Positions 47,401 to 60,171 of a DNA stretch of 64,000 nucleotides are shown in pieces. Numbering within the stretch: position 1 is the first letter of the stretch; the number at the start of each line of letters is the position of its first letter. The DNA is from Asterias rubens. Taxonomy: Eukaryota. Under the pieces are notes generated by a model. The model did no database searches. It was given only the letters and a program-made list of their open reading frames with translations, and was not told the origin of the DNA. A program made the position numbers and the translations under genes. Location: contig NC_047080.1 of NCBI RefSeq assembly GCF_902459465.1, forward strand, positions 10,478,001-10,542,000. Reading direction: 5' to 3'.

Positions 47401-50400
47401 AAAACCAGTGGGCATAAAAAGTCATTGTTTATAACGTTGTGTAGGAGCCACTGATTCACGCCACACGCGGAAGGACGTGGTTGTAAAGTGTGCCGTTTTT
47501 GGACAGGCCACGGACCACACGAGCCCTGAACTGCCCTTCCCTTCCGGGACTGGTTGATGAACTTCTTGCCAGGACTTAAAAGGTTATCGTTTTAGACAAA
47601 CAACATCAACTTACTGTACAAACCCTTGCGATAAAAAAGACAGATTTTATGTCCATCAGGTTAAAGGCACTGGACACGAGGCCGTGTGACAGCGTCTTTC
47701 CTTCCGGGATTGGTTCATGAACTAACTAGTTGCCAAAAACTTAAATACACAAACAAAACAAAGCATGCTGGCAAACCCTTGTTTTAAATAAAGTAGAATT
47801 TAGTAGAAGCCTGATACTTCACGGAGGCAACGAGGGCGATTGCCACCATGCCCCGTGGTCATTTCCTTGGTGCCCTTGAGATGCTCAAGTAGAAATTGTC
47901 TATAGGGTGCCCTACCAAGGAGAAAACGCCTTGATGCCCTTGCCATTTCAAAAACCAAGCATACAGGCCTGATTTTGTGTCCAGATTAAACTTTATAGCC
48001 AAAATTTAGCACCAATTGTCAAGGTCCAATACAATGTAACTATTTACACACCATTAAGTGTAATAGTTCTACTCAAATATTCTGTTATCGATCTAATTGG
48101 TCTATCTACAAATACCTAACGATCACTGTTTACTTTAAAGTCCTCTAGAGTACTCGGGGTGCAAATATACAAAATGCCAAAGTCTGTACAAAATTGGGTG
48201 GGACGGAAGGCTGAAAGATGGTGGGCGGTTGCTTCCAAATAATGCACGTCACATAATTCACAGGGAGTTTTAATCACATGTAGGTATAGAAAATACATAG
48301 TTTTTTTAAGACATACACCATTGTTTCAGTACCGTTTATAATTCCATTAATTTCCAATTGATGGTTTCCTTTAAATTCTGCTGAAACAACAAGAAGTGTT
48401 CGTAACCTGATCCCAAACGTATATATCTTCACATACTTTCACCAGCAATGACCCCCGTATTAGAACACTCCTGTACTATATATCAAGCAAGATATTTAGT
48501 TTCGGGCAGTTTTGTCAACCTGATAACCATTTTGAAGTACAGCCCTTTTGTTTAAGTAGAGCCAGTGATACCCTAAGCCTAAGCAAATGGCTGGAAACAT
48601 TGGCTATATACACTACCTAGTACTTCCCCTGTAGCCAACATTTAAACAAAACGGGCTGTGCTCCAAACTCATAAATACATTAAGACACATCAAATCAATA
48701 TTTCTTCAGGACGACAAAAACAAAATGAGAAGAATTTTTTCCGCTGAAAATATCCAGGATATAAAAACGTCAGAACTTTAAAGCGGTTGGGGCAATTTGA
48801 AGGCATGGCGTTTGATAAAATACGGTCGATACGGAAAACAGGAAACGCTTTCCACTTGAACCAGAGGGTAAAAGTGTTGAATAGCGCGTCTCGGAACCCC
48901 GTCGGGGGCATTTCAAGTTAGTCCGGTACTCACTTTACAAAACTGCCCGACAATTTAGCAATTTGTTCTTTTTTGTGTGGTTTTATTGCCCAAAGGAACA
49001 TTGTCTCGATGAATAATAAATGAAACATCGCCTATTAATTCAGACCACGTAAATTGAGTTTTCCCACTGCCTGTATTTTGGAACGTGTAGCACGTGCGTG
49101 TGGCATTCAGGCCTGTATGCTTCGTTTTTCGAAAGGGCAAGGGCACCCAAGCATTTTGTCCTTGGAAAATAAATGGCTTCGAATGAGGAAATAACGTACA
49201 CCAAGTCTGGAATTACGAGACTATGGCCTCCGTTGCTTCTTGTCTTGGCCTTAGTGCCCCTTCAAAACGTCCCTCAGACTTGAAGATGCACCAATGGAAG
49301 TGTCTTAATTAGACCCTCTAAAAGACCAGGCAAGGGCACCAAGGCATCTTCTCCTTGGGAAACTGGCACCCTATACGAGGAAACTGTAAATTCCTACAGG
49401 GGCATTTCAAGGGCACCAAGGCAATGACCAGGGGACACGGAGGCAATCGCCTTCGTTGTCTCCTTATCAGTATCAGGCTTGGGCGTTGCGTTTGCCACAC
49501 TCACTTGGCATTAAACTGTCTCATAGAACATGATGATTCAACATTCAAACATTACGCAGCTATAAATTAACTCCTTAAATATTAACAGGAATTAATAATT
49601 GATCTGGGGCAGGGATAGACCGCGAAACGTCAACTGTACGTGTTCACCAACTATAATCACACTCAATGTGGTTACATTCTGGCGCTACTGACTGGCTATG
49701 ATTTATCCATGAGTGTTAATTTGCATATCTCGACACGTCATTATGATTATAATTAGCAGTTAAATCTATACATTGATCAAGGCTAATGAATGATGAGAAG
49801 CGAAGTGGGCATGGTAATGAGGACATCATCAAATTAATTCCTTGTTTGGTGTCAAGACAGCAAGAGGTAAATCGATCTTCGTGGGTTCAGATCAGACTAT
49901 GGCGCGTTGGAAAGAGTTTATGTACAGGCTCCATGTTGAAGCAATACCCATATATAATGTGGGTATTTACAATGGGGCATTACTGTGTCTGATATGCTTA
50001 CAGCACTGGGGTGGACTTCACAAAGAGTTAAGACTAGTCTCATCTCGAGTTAGGACCAGTTACTCGTCCTAACTTGGGACTATCCATGCAATTTGTATAT
50101 CTCCAAGTTAGGACTAGTCCCAACTCTTTGTGAAATCGACCCCTCGACACCTTTGGTAATTGTCAAATGGCCAGTATTGTTACTTGGTGATCCCAACATA
50201 ATGTGCATATAAAATAACAAGTCTTAAAAAATTTGGATTCAATAGGAGACTTTCCAACGCTAGGTGGCAGCAGACATACCGGGTAAATTTCCATTGTTTA
50301 CGTAGTTTACAATGGATTTATCCGGTAAGTCTGCTGCCCTTTATCGTCTCAGAAAGTCTCCCATTGGTCATCGAAGTTGAAAGAGAACAATGATAGGAAG

Positions 50401-53400
50401 AAAAAAACATCCTTGTTGCACAACTTGGTGTGCTTTCAGATGCCTAATAACAAATGGCTTCAAGTCAGAAGTGTTTTGTTATTATTTTGTTCCCCAAAAT
50501 CTACGTTACTTCAGGGTTGGCCGTTTTTCCTTATAAGGTGTCCTTACCAAGGAGGAAATACATTGGTGCCCTTCCACTTAAAAAAAAACAAAGCATAAAG
50601 GTAACCTTGTTTGCAGCATGATCAAAGTATTGTTAGTGGGGTATTGTGTTTATACAATACCAAATTATTCAAAATAATATGATATAACAATTGAACAAAT
50701 TTCAACGACTGGTCAAAATTAAAATCAAATCACCAAACAGGATATTAAATATAAAAAATAAATAAAATAAATTTGGCATCCGTTTCAAAATTAATTTGAG
50801 TGCCTTTGTTGTTACTTTTTATACACTGATTCGGTTTGCCACATGCTCAATGCTGCAGAAATTATGGACTTCCTGTCTAGGCGAGCTTTTTCGCAATCAA
50901 GTTAGCTGGAGGAATAATCCCATTACAGTAAATGTTATTCCATCTTTTTGCAGTTTGTTTGGCTTACTATTCAATGAAATACAAATGAGTGGCACATGTT
51001 ATGTTGACTGTCACTCAGCACGTCTAAATATAAACCTTGGTTCTGACACAGGGGTTAATTAGTACACTGAAGAGACTCGCCACTAGTCTTTTATCATTTT
51101 GATTTACGGGGAGAGTACATGTATAAATGCATGGATACTCAAGCTCGGTGGGGATATTCAACGCAGAGAGAGGACCTATGGATGTTTAATTTGCATCGAG
51201 GATAAAGAATATTATTTTGGTTTTACCATTGTGTAAAGTACTGTACTTTCCCAAGTCCCACCCAAGTAATATGCTCAGGGATTTTCACTGGACTTTGGAA
51301 AGTATACCAGAAGTAGTGGTTGGTTTAAGGGTCAAACCCAAATAATTGACAAATATCTTAACTGATGTCCTGGTATAGCATCATTCTATACCCTATCCAA
51401 AATATTTAGTATATAATTATAATAATAAATAGAAGAAATTAAGTGATTTTTTTTTAAATCAAAAACGGCAAAATAAAACAAGAAACTTAATAATAAATAG
51501 AAGAAATGAAGTGATTTTTTTAATCAAAAAACTAAATTCATTTATGATAATATATTTACATAACAGATGACACTATAAATCATCCCGAGACACAAAGATC
51601 CCCCACTGACCGTTTCACAAATGAAATGTTGTCGATCCATTTTTATCGAGGTTTATAATATTAATAGTCTGTGTTTCCGAAGGATGAATCAATCAGTTTG
51701 TGTAAACTGATATATCATTCATTCATTCATTCATATAGACACGAATGATGGATCTTCCATTCATGTATAATTCAATCAGTTTATATTGAAATATATAATT
51801 ATATGACCGTCAACCATCCACGGATAATGGTTCTTTGATGTATAACTCACTTTCTCTTGGAGTGAATTGTAACTTCTTCTTTTTTGCTACAACACAATTT
51901 CTGTAAATGTAATTTGGAAAAACTGAACACGCTTCACAGAATTTACACGCAAAACAATCGTTCATTTCCCCTATTCGCCAGTATTTGTTCACCATTACTC
52001 TTCGGTAGACCTTTCTAGCACAACGTCACAGCCCGAGTTTTTGCCAATCGAGGTTGGAAAACTATAGGAAGCCATAAAGGCAAAACAAAAACAGATGGCC
52101 AAAGTTTGTAACTATATGTCACACAACTATTCACAAATTGTGTTGAATTTGTTAGAAACAAAGCAACCAATCTTGGGAGGTATTGTTTCACTAAAAGATT
52201 GCAGATTTTTAAATTTGGTCAGAACAAGGCATTTTCTCCTTAGTAATAGTAAAGGGCACCCTATGAAGATATTGGAAATTGCTACTAGAGCATTTCAAGG
52301 GCACCGAGGGGGCATGTAGGCAGTCGCCTTCGTTGCCTCCATTAGGTGTCGGGCCTGGGGTGTCGGAATACAGAGCAGTCATCGTTGAATCTAAAAACCA
52401 ATAATGATACTATGCACCATTTTCTTGCAAAGCCTTGGAGGAAAATGTGCAATGAAGCTCGTGGTCCATTTGGAAAATTGAAATTCTACTCAGGACTGAC
52501 CCAAAACAAAATCGTTCATATCCTATTGAGCAGTATTCCTTTTCCATTTGCTATTCATCCCACCACGTGAAAAGGTAATTTCAGCACCATGTTGAAATTG
52601 CCAATTATTGATGATGTGTACTATTTTGTCGCGAAGCTTTGGAGGGGATTGTGTCTCAACGGACCTTTATGGTCTCACAGTTTGCTTTTTTAATCTACTT
52701 CACACACTTAGCCCGCACCTGTGCCCAGGTAAAATGACGTTCAGACAGTGTGTCTCGCATGGATCTTTTCTCAATGGTTGATAGTGATTCACTACACTGC
52801 AAAAACTGGGGTTGTTAACATTAACATATGGGTGTATATCATGGAGATACCCACAAATATAACGGAGCCCACAGCTTGCTTTTTTAATCCACTTCACACA
52901 TTTAGCCCGCACCTGTGCCCAGGTAAAATGACATTCAGACGGTGTTTCTCGCATGTATCTTTTCTCAATGGTTGATAGTGATTCACTTCACTGCAAAAAA
53001 CCGGTGTGTTAAAATTGACACTATAGGTGAACATTATCGATATCAACAAATATAATCAAAATGTACAACAGGTTGTTAAAATATTACTAATTTCTGCAAA
53101 AAAAAACCCAATTACATTGGTGTTGTTTTAAAGGTAGTGGACACTATTGGTAATTACTCAAAATAATTATTGGCATAAAACCTTTCTTGGTGACGAGTAA
53201 TAGGGAGAGGTTGATGGTATAAAACATTGTGAGAAACGGCTCCCTCTGAAGTGGAGTAGTTTTCGAGAAAGAAGTAATTTTCCACGAACTTTGATTTCGA
53301 GACCTCAGAATTAGGTTTTCGAAATCAACCATCTAAACGCACACAACTTCGTGTGACAAGGGTGTTTTTCTTTCATTATTATCTCGCAACTTCGATGACC

Positions 53401-56400
53401 GATTGAGCTCAAATTTTCACAGGTTTGTTATTTTATGCATGTTGAGATACACCAACTGTGAAGGCTAGTCTTTGACAATTACCAATGGTGTCCACTGCCT
53501 TTAACACCCTATAATGTAATGATGATTCTCACCTTCGGAATCACAATACATGACCACACCAATGGTGTCAATTTTAACACCCAAGTTTTGCAGTACAGTA
53601 TTTACTCTTGTCTCTTAGACGAGAGTGAAGTTTTTTTTACACCAAAATGTTAAATATTACTCATTTTTGCAAAGACTATTACATTGGTGTTGTTTTAACA
53701 CCCATGGTGTCAATTTTAACACTGGCAGTTTTGAAGAGTAAAGTATTTACACTTAAAGGCAGTGGACACGTTTGGTAATCTCAACATGCATAACATAACA
53801 AACCTGTGCAAATTTGAGCTCAATTGGCCATCATAGTTGCGAGATAATAACGAAAGAAAAACACCCTTGTCACACGAAGTTGTGGGCTTTCAGATGCTTG
53901 ATTTTGAGACCTCAAATTCTGAATCTGAGGTCTCGAAATCAATTCATGGAAAATTGCCCCTTTCTCGAACATTACGTTACTTCAGAGGGAGCTGTTTCTC
54001 ACAATGTTTTATACTATCAACCTCTCCCCATTACTCATTACCAAGTAAGGTTTTATGCTAAAAAAATATTTTGAGTAATTACCAAAAGTGTCCATTGCCT
54101 TTAAGTTACTCGTCTCTTATGATGGGATCTGGATCTCCAGTACTGGTTATCCATGATAGATTAAGACGGAAACACATTTCCCATGCAAAGTGCATGGTAA
54201 TGCATTCCAAGTATTTAGATTGACGGACAAACACCACTTTGGAAAGGTTTTCAACACAATTCTCATCTTGAACAATCTGCGTCATAAAACTCCTTTCTAA
54301 AACCTTTGCATTGTCGTTTACTTGAAGAGCACTTTAAAAGGTTTTCTAAATATATTTTGTGTCATTTCCGACGAGATTCGGATCTTTCAAAACTTGGGTT
54401 GATGATGTTTTCTTTTTATGGAGGCCTTAATTTGGGTGATAACTAAAATAGAACTCCGGTAATGAGGCAATCACAGAAATGAACGGCATCCTGTTTGTGG
54501 ATTGAGGCTAAACAGGCTGTAAAACTCGGCTTTTGTAAAATAAAGAAATGTAAAGGTATGTGAATCATGAAATTTCAAACATAGCTATATAGAACTTAGA
54601 AGGAAACCAATGGCCAAATAACATGAAATGTCTAAAAACACGATTACCAACCAAATTTCAATTTGTTGCATATTGCTTGTTACTGGTATTGAGCTGTTGT
54701 TTTCTTACCCTGAATATCACGTGAAAATTTGGTTGGTAACCATGTTTTTATCAAGACAATACATGCTAAGCAAATTTTTGTGCTTACAGGCCTTATGAAA
54801 TATGACCAACATCTTTGGAAAATTATTAATGGAATTAGTAAGTAACCTTGCAACAAAATTAATCAACTCCTTCTTGAAAACATTCTTAAATAATTAATGT
54901 GAAAGTGCAATATATTACCAATCGATTTATCAGAAAAATAAATGAGTACGTTTATTTTGCTCAGCAGAATATGACGTCACATTGAATACGTTTACTTTTC
55001 TCAGCAACATATCATGACGTCACATTGTCGTCACTATCAGTAAGCCTATATCGTGCCATATACAACGTAGCAGTAATTTAAATTTCCAAATTCAGATACT
55101 GATATCTTTAAAACAAATTACTTTGTTTATTTATTTAGTGGAAACATAATTCGTTTTATTGAGCAGAAGTTTTGATGTCTGCTTCTTCAATCACTCGAGA
55201 TTTGTTCAACAACAAATACAGATGAAGCAAATTTCATCACGGCACAGTGTTTTTCTTTAATATATAAATTTTAAATTATATTAGTATAAGCTTCTCAGTA
55301 AGATGATATTGCCGCTGATACAAGCCGGTTCAGCCAATCTGGGATGAGGCTAATCTCATTTTGTGTATAATTCAATAGACTGGGGGCTGGGTTGTACGTC
55401 TTGAATTGCGTCTACGGGCTTTGGTTTGGTAATAACACTAATTGCAACTGGCTGCCAACCATAGCAAGGCCGTGGTCCTTTTTAGCATTTGGAATAATTA
55501 TGCTACAGCCTTCTGTGTGTGGCCGTATGATATACAGACATGCACATTCAGGCAGGCTGGAGAACTTGCTGGCAGATATAATTTATTTGTTCAAATGTTC
55601 TTTGTATAGATACCGCTAGGTATCTGAGTATATTTATCTAAAGAGGTGATGCGCGGATGGGTAGGGAAAAATATATAGAGGTTAACAGTATCAAGTTACC
55701 CAGCGTACATATTTCAATCTGTCTGCGGCTATATTATACAAAATAGAAATTTAGATATCGAACCGATCAGCAAAGAAGTTAAATGGCTACTTTTTGTACT
55801 AAATTAAAAATTATGGGTCTATAATTTTGGCGTCGCTGTGTCGTACAACCTTTGTACATGAACATGTACACATGTATGTACGTATGCAAGGTCCTGCTAG
55901 TCTTCACGTTTAATAAGTCTAGTGTCGTTAACTAAAACTGTCAATGCCAACAGATGAAACCGGAAAGAACTAAAGGCACAATGAAAACACGTTGTGGTTT
56001 TAGCTCATTATTTCAAAGCATGACAGTATACAAAAAATGGAGATTGTTTCGAAAGATTGGATCTCTAGTTTGTCTGAGAGTTAACTCCTCGAGATGAGGC
56101 TAGTTGAGTAAGGGATGCCTAGCTTGTCTGAGATTTAGTTAACTCTTTGAGCTAAGGCTATGTGAGTAAGGGTTGTCTAGTCTGTATATGGCAGTTTACT
56201 TCATGAGATGAGGCTGGTTGAGCAAGGGAAGTCTAGTTTGTCTGATGAGAGTTAACTCCTTGAGCTAAGGCTATTTGAGTAAGGGCTGTCTAGTCTGTAT
56301 ATGGCAGTTTACTCCATGAGATGAGGCTAGTTGAGCAAGGGAAGTCTAGTTTGTCTGGCAGTTAGCTAACTCCTTGAGCTAAGGCTATGTGAGTAAGTAG

Positions 56401-59400
56401 ATATATTGGCAAGTCAGTTGTCTCAAACCAAACACAATGAGAAAGACTAACTTACAGGAAATTAAGCCTTCCTCTCAATGTTGTCACGTATCCGCGGTTA
56501 GTCATAGGCTTCCTCATCCGCCTTTCAAAACACGAGTGAAGTTTTAATAAAGTGATATTTACACGTGAACTGAAATGTTTTCAACTGCATCAACGCCTTT
56601 ATCAGCGACACGTAGAAAGTATTTGTCTTTATATACATTTTGTAATGACGTCTGACGTAATTACATATTGACGTAATTACATATTGACGTATAATCAAAC
56701 GTTAAGCCTTATACGTTCGGTAATCACTCTTAAAATTAATTGCAATACAAACTTTTGGTTAATACTATAATAAGCATTTCAAGAAACATTTCACTTCTAA
56801 GTTATGTGGTTATGTAAAAAGAAGCTTTTATGGCCAACAATTTTAATGTGAGAAGCGTTACTGTTAGTTACGTTTCTCAGGCTGTGTATATTACTATTTG
56901 GTGTTATGCTTTCTGCATTGCCTTATTCCCTCTGGGTTTACGGCGACATCTCAAAAACGCTACCACCTTTTGATTAAAATTTGCACATGCTGGTTTTGTT
57001 GTATAGACCTATACATGTACATGTATGTATGATTTAAACAATCGAACGGTTACAAAAACTTCAGGTAAACTTTGCCTTTAAGGAACATGATGTCACAGCA
57101 ACGTCGAGACGAAGCCATGCATTGTCTCAGGTGTACGTTTGTCATTTAAAGACACTGGACACCTTTGGTAATTGTCAAAGACCAGTCTTCTCACTTGTTG
57201 TATCTCAATATATGCATAAAATAACACACCTGTGAAAATTTGAGCTCAATTGGTCGTCGAAGTTGCGAGATAACTATGAAAGAAAAAACACCCTTGTCAC
57301 ACGAAGTTGTGTGCTTTCAGATGCACTGATTTCGAGACCTCTAAATCTAATCCTGAGTTCTAGCTCGAAATCAAATTCGTGGAAAATTACTTCTTTCTCG
57401 AAAACTACGTCACTTCAGAGGGAGCCGTTTCTCACAATTTTTTAATACCAACAGCTCTCCATTACTCGTAACCAAGTAAGGTTTTATGCTAATAAACATT
57501 GGGAGTAATTACCAATAGTGTCCACTGCCTTAGGGTGGTTTAAATTAAGCTACGGTAACTTCCCCTCAATTGTTTAGCATGCACATGGGTGGCATGCAAC
57601 CCTCCATCTTTAATGTAAATTCTAACATGTGTGAAATCAATCCACCAGTACAAAAGAGTGTGCAGAAGTACGTGGCAAGTTTTAATTAAAATTCGAGTAG
57701 TTGCCAGCTTGTTTGTAATGCCTTTATATATAGAGCTGTTTTGTAGCACCTTGTGGTGTGCATTCAATGATATTATGTTGACTGCTAGGCACCCTCAACA
57801 TAAACACTTAAAATGTAAACCAACACTCTTCAAGGCATTCATGATTCGATAATTCACAAGATTATGTTTCCAAATGGTTGCATGCTGGATGTCATTACAA
57901 AAGGGTTGTTAAATATGCCTGGATCAGGGGGGTTTTGGGGGAGGGAGCAGGCCTGGTTTGAACATGTTAAATAGGGCAATACCATTTTCATTTTGCAAAG
58001 GGCACTTCCATTGGAAAATCTTAAAGTCAATGGGAAACTTTTAAAGGGGCACCAAGGACAAGACTAGGGGCAACGGAGGTCATGTCCTCTCTGGCCTGCG
58101 TGTTATTCCAGGCCTGAGGGAGGGGTTTGAAATTGAAAGGTCAATTAAATTTGCTTGTAGCAGCAAAGAAATTTGGCAAGCAGTATTTTCGGCTTAAAGT
58201 TCTTGGACCTTTTCGGTACAGAAAAACAATTAAAAGTTTACAGATTTACAAATAACTTACAGGGTTTACAGAAGGTAATGGTGAAAGACTTCTCTTGAGA
58301 TCTTATTCCATGAAATGCTTTACTTTTTTGAGAAAACATTAAAACAATATCAATTCTCGATATCGAGAATTACGGATTTATGTTAAACACATGTCATGAC
58401 ACGGCGAAACAAGCGGAAACAAGGGGTGGGTTTTCCTGTTATTTTCTCTCGACTCCGATGACCGATTGAGCCTAAATTTTCACAGGTTTTTTTTTTATAT
58501 AAAGTTGTGATACACAAAGTGTGGGCCTTGGACAATACTGTTCACCGAAAGTATCCAATGGCTTTAACATCTTTATGAAATTGGGCCCTACATGTATTAT
58601 CTGACTCCCTACAACATTCAAATGTCACGACACACTCTTGCCCCTCAAAGAAATCAAATTCGATTCAACTGCATTTTAGAAATCCGATACGCTAAAAAAC
58701 CCGTCCAGTCCTGTTGTATACTCAGCAGTATAGCTCATACTTTTATACGGTGTTTCCCAAAGGCCACCGGGAAATTCCTTGGAGTATAACACACAGTAAA
58801 CACTTCGTGGATAATGTATTGATATGTCAGCCTCAAGAGTGATAGCTTCTTTACTAGTTTACTTAGTGTCTGTTATTGAGCAGTTCTTCGCACCATACAT
58901 GACCACAAGTCTTGTATTTCCATGGGTTTCTATCGATTGTAGTGAGAGGGTTTCAGTCAATGTATTCGTTGACCTGAATTTTAAGACTTTTTAAGTCTGT
59001 TTGCCTTTGGGCCCAAGATGTCTTGTCATGCTCTCTCTATTCCACACATACATCTTCTGCGAAAACTTAAGATTTCTGCACAGCAGTGAGATACGTCGTG
59101 CATAAATAGTGTTTACAATTCGACAAGAGGTTATGTTCCTAAATAACAAACATCTAAGTTGGCAGAAGGGTACTGGCCTGGAATTACACGGAAGCCATAC
59201 CTCTGTTACCTCTAGTCTCAGCCTTGGTGCCCTTCCATACTTTCCCATAAACGAGATTCTCCAATGCAAAATGAAAACGACCTTGCTTTCTCAAAGATGT
59301 AATTTCAAGCCTGAAGACTTTGAAAGGGGTTATGTTTCTGTTAACAAACATCTAGCTTGGCATAAGGTACACCAAGCAAAAAAATAAATGATCAAACAAT

Positions 59401-60171
59401 TATTTATAACAAATAAATAAATAAGGAAACAAACTAAACAAATAGAAAGAAACAAACAAACAGACATTAACAAACAAACAAATAAACAAATAAATCACTA
59501 AACTTTCCTCTGCTTGCCTCCCATCCCAACGAAAGTGTCTGTTTTAGCCTATGCATAAGGTTTCCTAGAAAGTTGTATATTTTCCGAATGTCTTACAATG
59601 GTTTTTTTTTTTTTTTTTTTTTGCTTCCTTTAGCTCCAGTTGGGAAATCCCCTCGCTGAAGACCAACCAGCAACGTTTCGTCAGCGACTCGGACGGCAAA
59701 CATTACCCCTGGTACGGTTGCACCACGGAGGTGGCCACCATCCCGGGGCCAACGTCCTGCTACAGCACATTCCACCTTCGTATGAACGACAACTTCCACC
59801 CATCAATTACGTGGGACATCCCCGTGCGAAACAGCCACCAGGTCCGTCTGACCAAGCTGGCCCGGGACCAGAGCTTCACGGTCTGGCTGATCGCCATGAA
59901 CAAAACCACGGGACAGAAGTTTGTCCTGAGGACGATTAAATGGAGGATGAGGATTAATATTGCCGTGGACGAGACCCAACCTCTAGGTCGGAGGGCTCAG
60001 CTTCTTGACCCCATCATACAGGAACAGCCTCATATTCTAGAGCCATGGCAGAATGAAGTAGCCCCACCCGAAGCCCTACGTGCCCCCAATGCAAACAACG
60101 CACAGACACTTATATGGCGGCCGAGCAGTGGTGGTGAAGTCATAATTGTACCACCAGTAAGCCACCACTAA
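41171..60171 (+). CDS. FAM78: FAM78 family protein (FAM78A/B co-orthologue), 2 exons, 266 aa, 18.2 kb intron
   Basis: Exon 41171-41433 (MGCILPK...IDPHPT...YQTPHFRASARV...WQIGWVQGC...YGNLG|gtaagt) joins in phase 2 to exon 59634-60171 (SSWEIP...SDSDGKHYPWYG...MNDNFHPSITW...RDQSFTVWL...PNANNAQTLIWRP). Collinear with recalled human FAM78A. Confidence 0.93.
41865..41993. mobile_element. Harbinger-like MITE copy
   Basis: GGGGTCGATTTCTCAAAGAG ... CTCTTGGTGAAATCCGCCC. Confidence 0.7.
42421..42786 (-). mobile_element. MITE family K1 copy
   Basis: TTAA-AGGCAGTGGAAAC start; reverse-oriented body. Confidence 0.8.
43060..43385. mobile_element. Foldback MITE with a ~125 bp internal inverted repeat (right end lost)
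   Basis: Left end AGGAACACGTTGCC; palindromic arms 43129-43252 and 43255-43378. The matching right-end sequence of this family (GGCAACGTGTTCCT-TTAA) occurs near 26370-26388. Confidence 0.75.
43382..43990. repeat. 203-bp tandem repeat, 3 copies (third degenerate)
   Basis: Copies start at 43382, 43585, 43788. Confidence 0.9.
44558..44731 (+). mobile_element. Dispersed ~170 bp GGGCACC-rich repeat with CAGGCCTG-like ends
   Basis: Homologous copies at 47808-47971 (inverted), 49107-49479 (composite), ~52225-52356, 57948-58116 and fragments near 63520-63830. Confidence 0.65.
45095..45498. repeat. 22-bp minisatellite, about 18 units
   Basis: cctggcctaaaggtattaatag; degenerate on the left, perfect on the right. 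Confidence 0.9.
46288..46647 (-). mobile_element. MITE family K1 copy
   Basis: TTAA TSD on both sides; reverse-oriented body. Confidence 0.85.
46751..47105 (+). mobile_element. MITE family K1 copy (right end lost)
   Basis: TTAA-AGGCATGG start; forward body. Confidence 0.8.
47808..47971 (-). mobile_element. GGGCACC-rich repeat copy
   Basis: Reverse complement of 44558-44731. Confidence 0.65.
50008..50143. mobile_element. Harbinger-like MITE copy nested in a K1 left TIR
   Basis: GGGGTGGACTTCACAAAGAGTT ... AACTCTTTGTGAAATCGACCCC. Confidence 0.7.
50244..50362. mobile_element. ISL2EU-like MITE copy nested in K1
   Basis: Splits K1 sequence tcaATtggtc into tcaAT-[element]-ATtggtc. Confidence 0.75.
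52682..53003. repeat. Direct duplication with 194-bp period
   Basis: ~125 bp shared block at ~52682 and ~52876. Confidence 0.85.
53128..53504 (-). mobile_element. MITE family K1 copy
   Basis: TTAA-AGGTAGTGGACAC ... GTGTCCACTGCCT-TTAA. Confidence 0.9.
53753..54104 (+). mobile_element. MITE family K1 copy
   Basis: TTAA-AGGCAGTGGACAC ... GTGTCCATTGCCT-TTAA. Confidence 0.9.
56065..56400. repeat. ~56-bp repeat with alternating A/B units (~113-bp higher-order period)
   Basis: Six units; odd units carry gagatgaggct, even units carry gagctaaggct. Confidence 0.85.
57146..57530 (+). mobile_element. MITE family K1 copy
   Basis: TTAA-AGACACTGGACAC ... GTGTCCACTGCCT. Confidence 0.85.
57948..58116 (+). 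mobile_element. GGGCACC-rich repeat copy
   Basis: CAGGCCTG at both ends; same body. Confidence 0.65.
58194..58567 (+). mobile_element. Second TTAA-flanked Kolobok-like MITE family (K2)
   Basis: TTAA ... GTATCCAATGGCT-TTAA; body shared with 61449-61794. Confidence 0.8.

Larger units (their letters stand above)
50001..50530 (+). mobile_element. MITE family K1 copy carrying two nested insertions
   Basis: K1 left end and body interrupted at 50009-50142 and 50244-50362. Confidence 0.7.
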
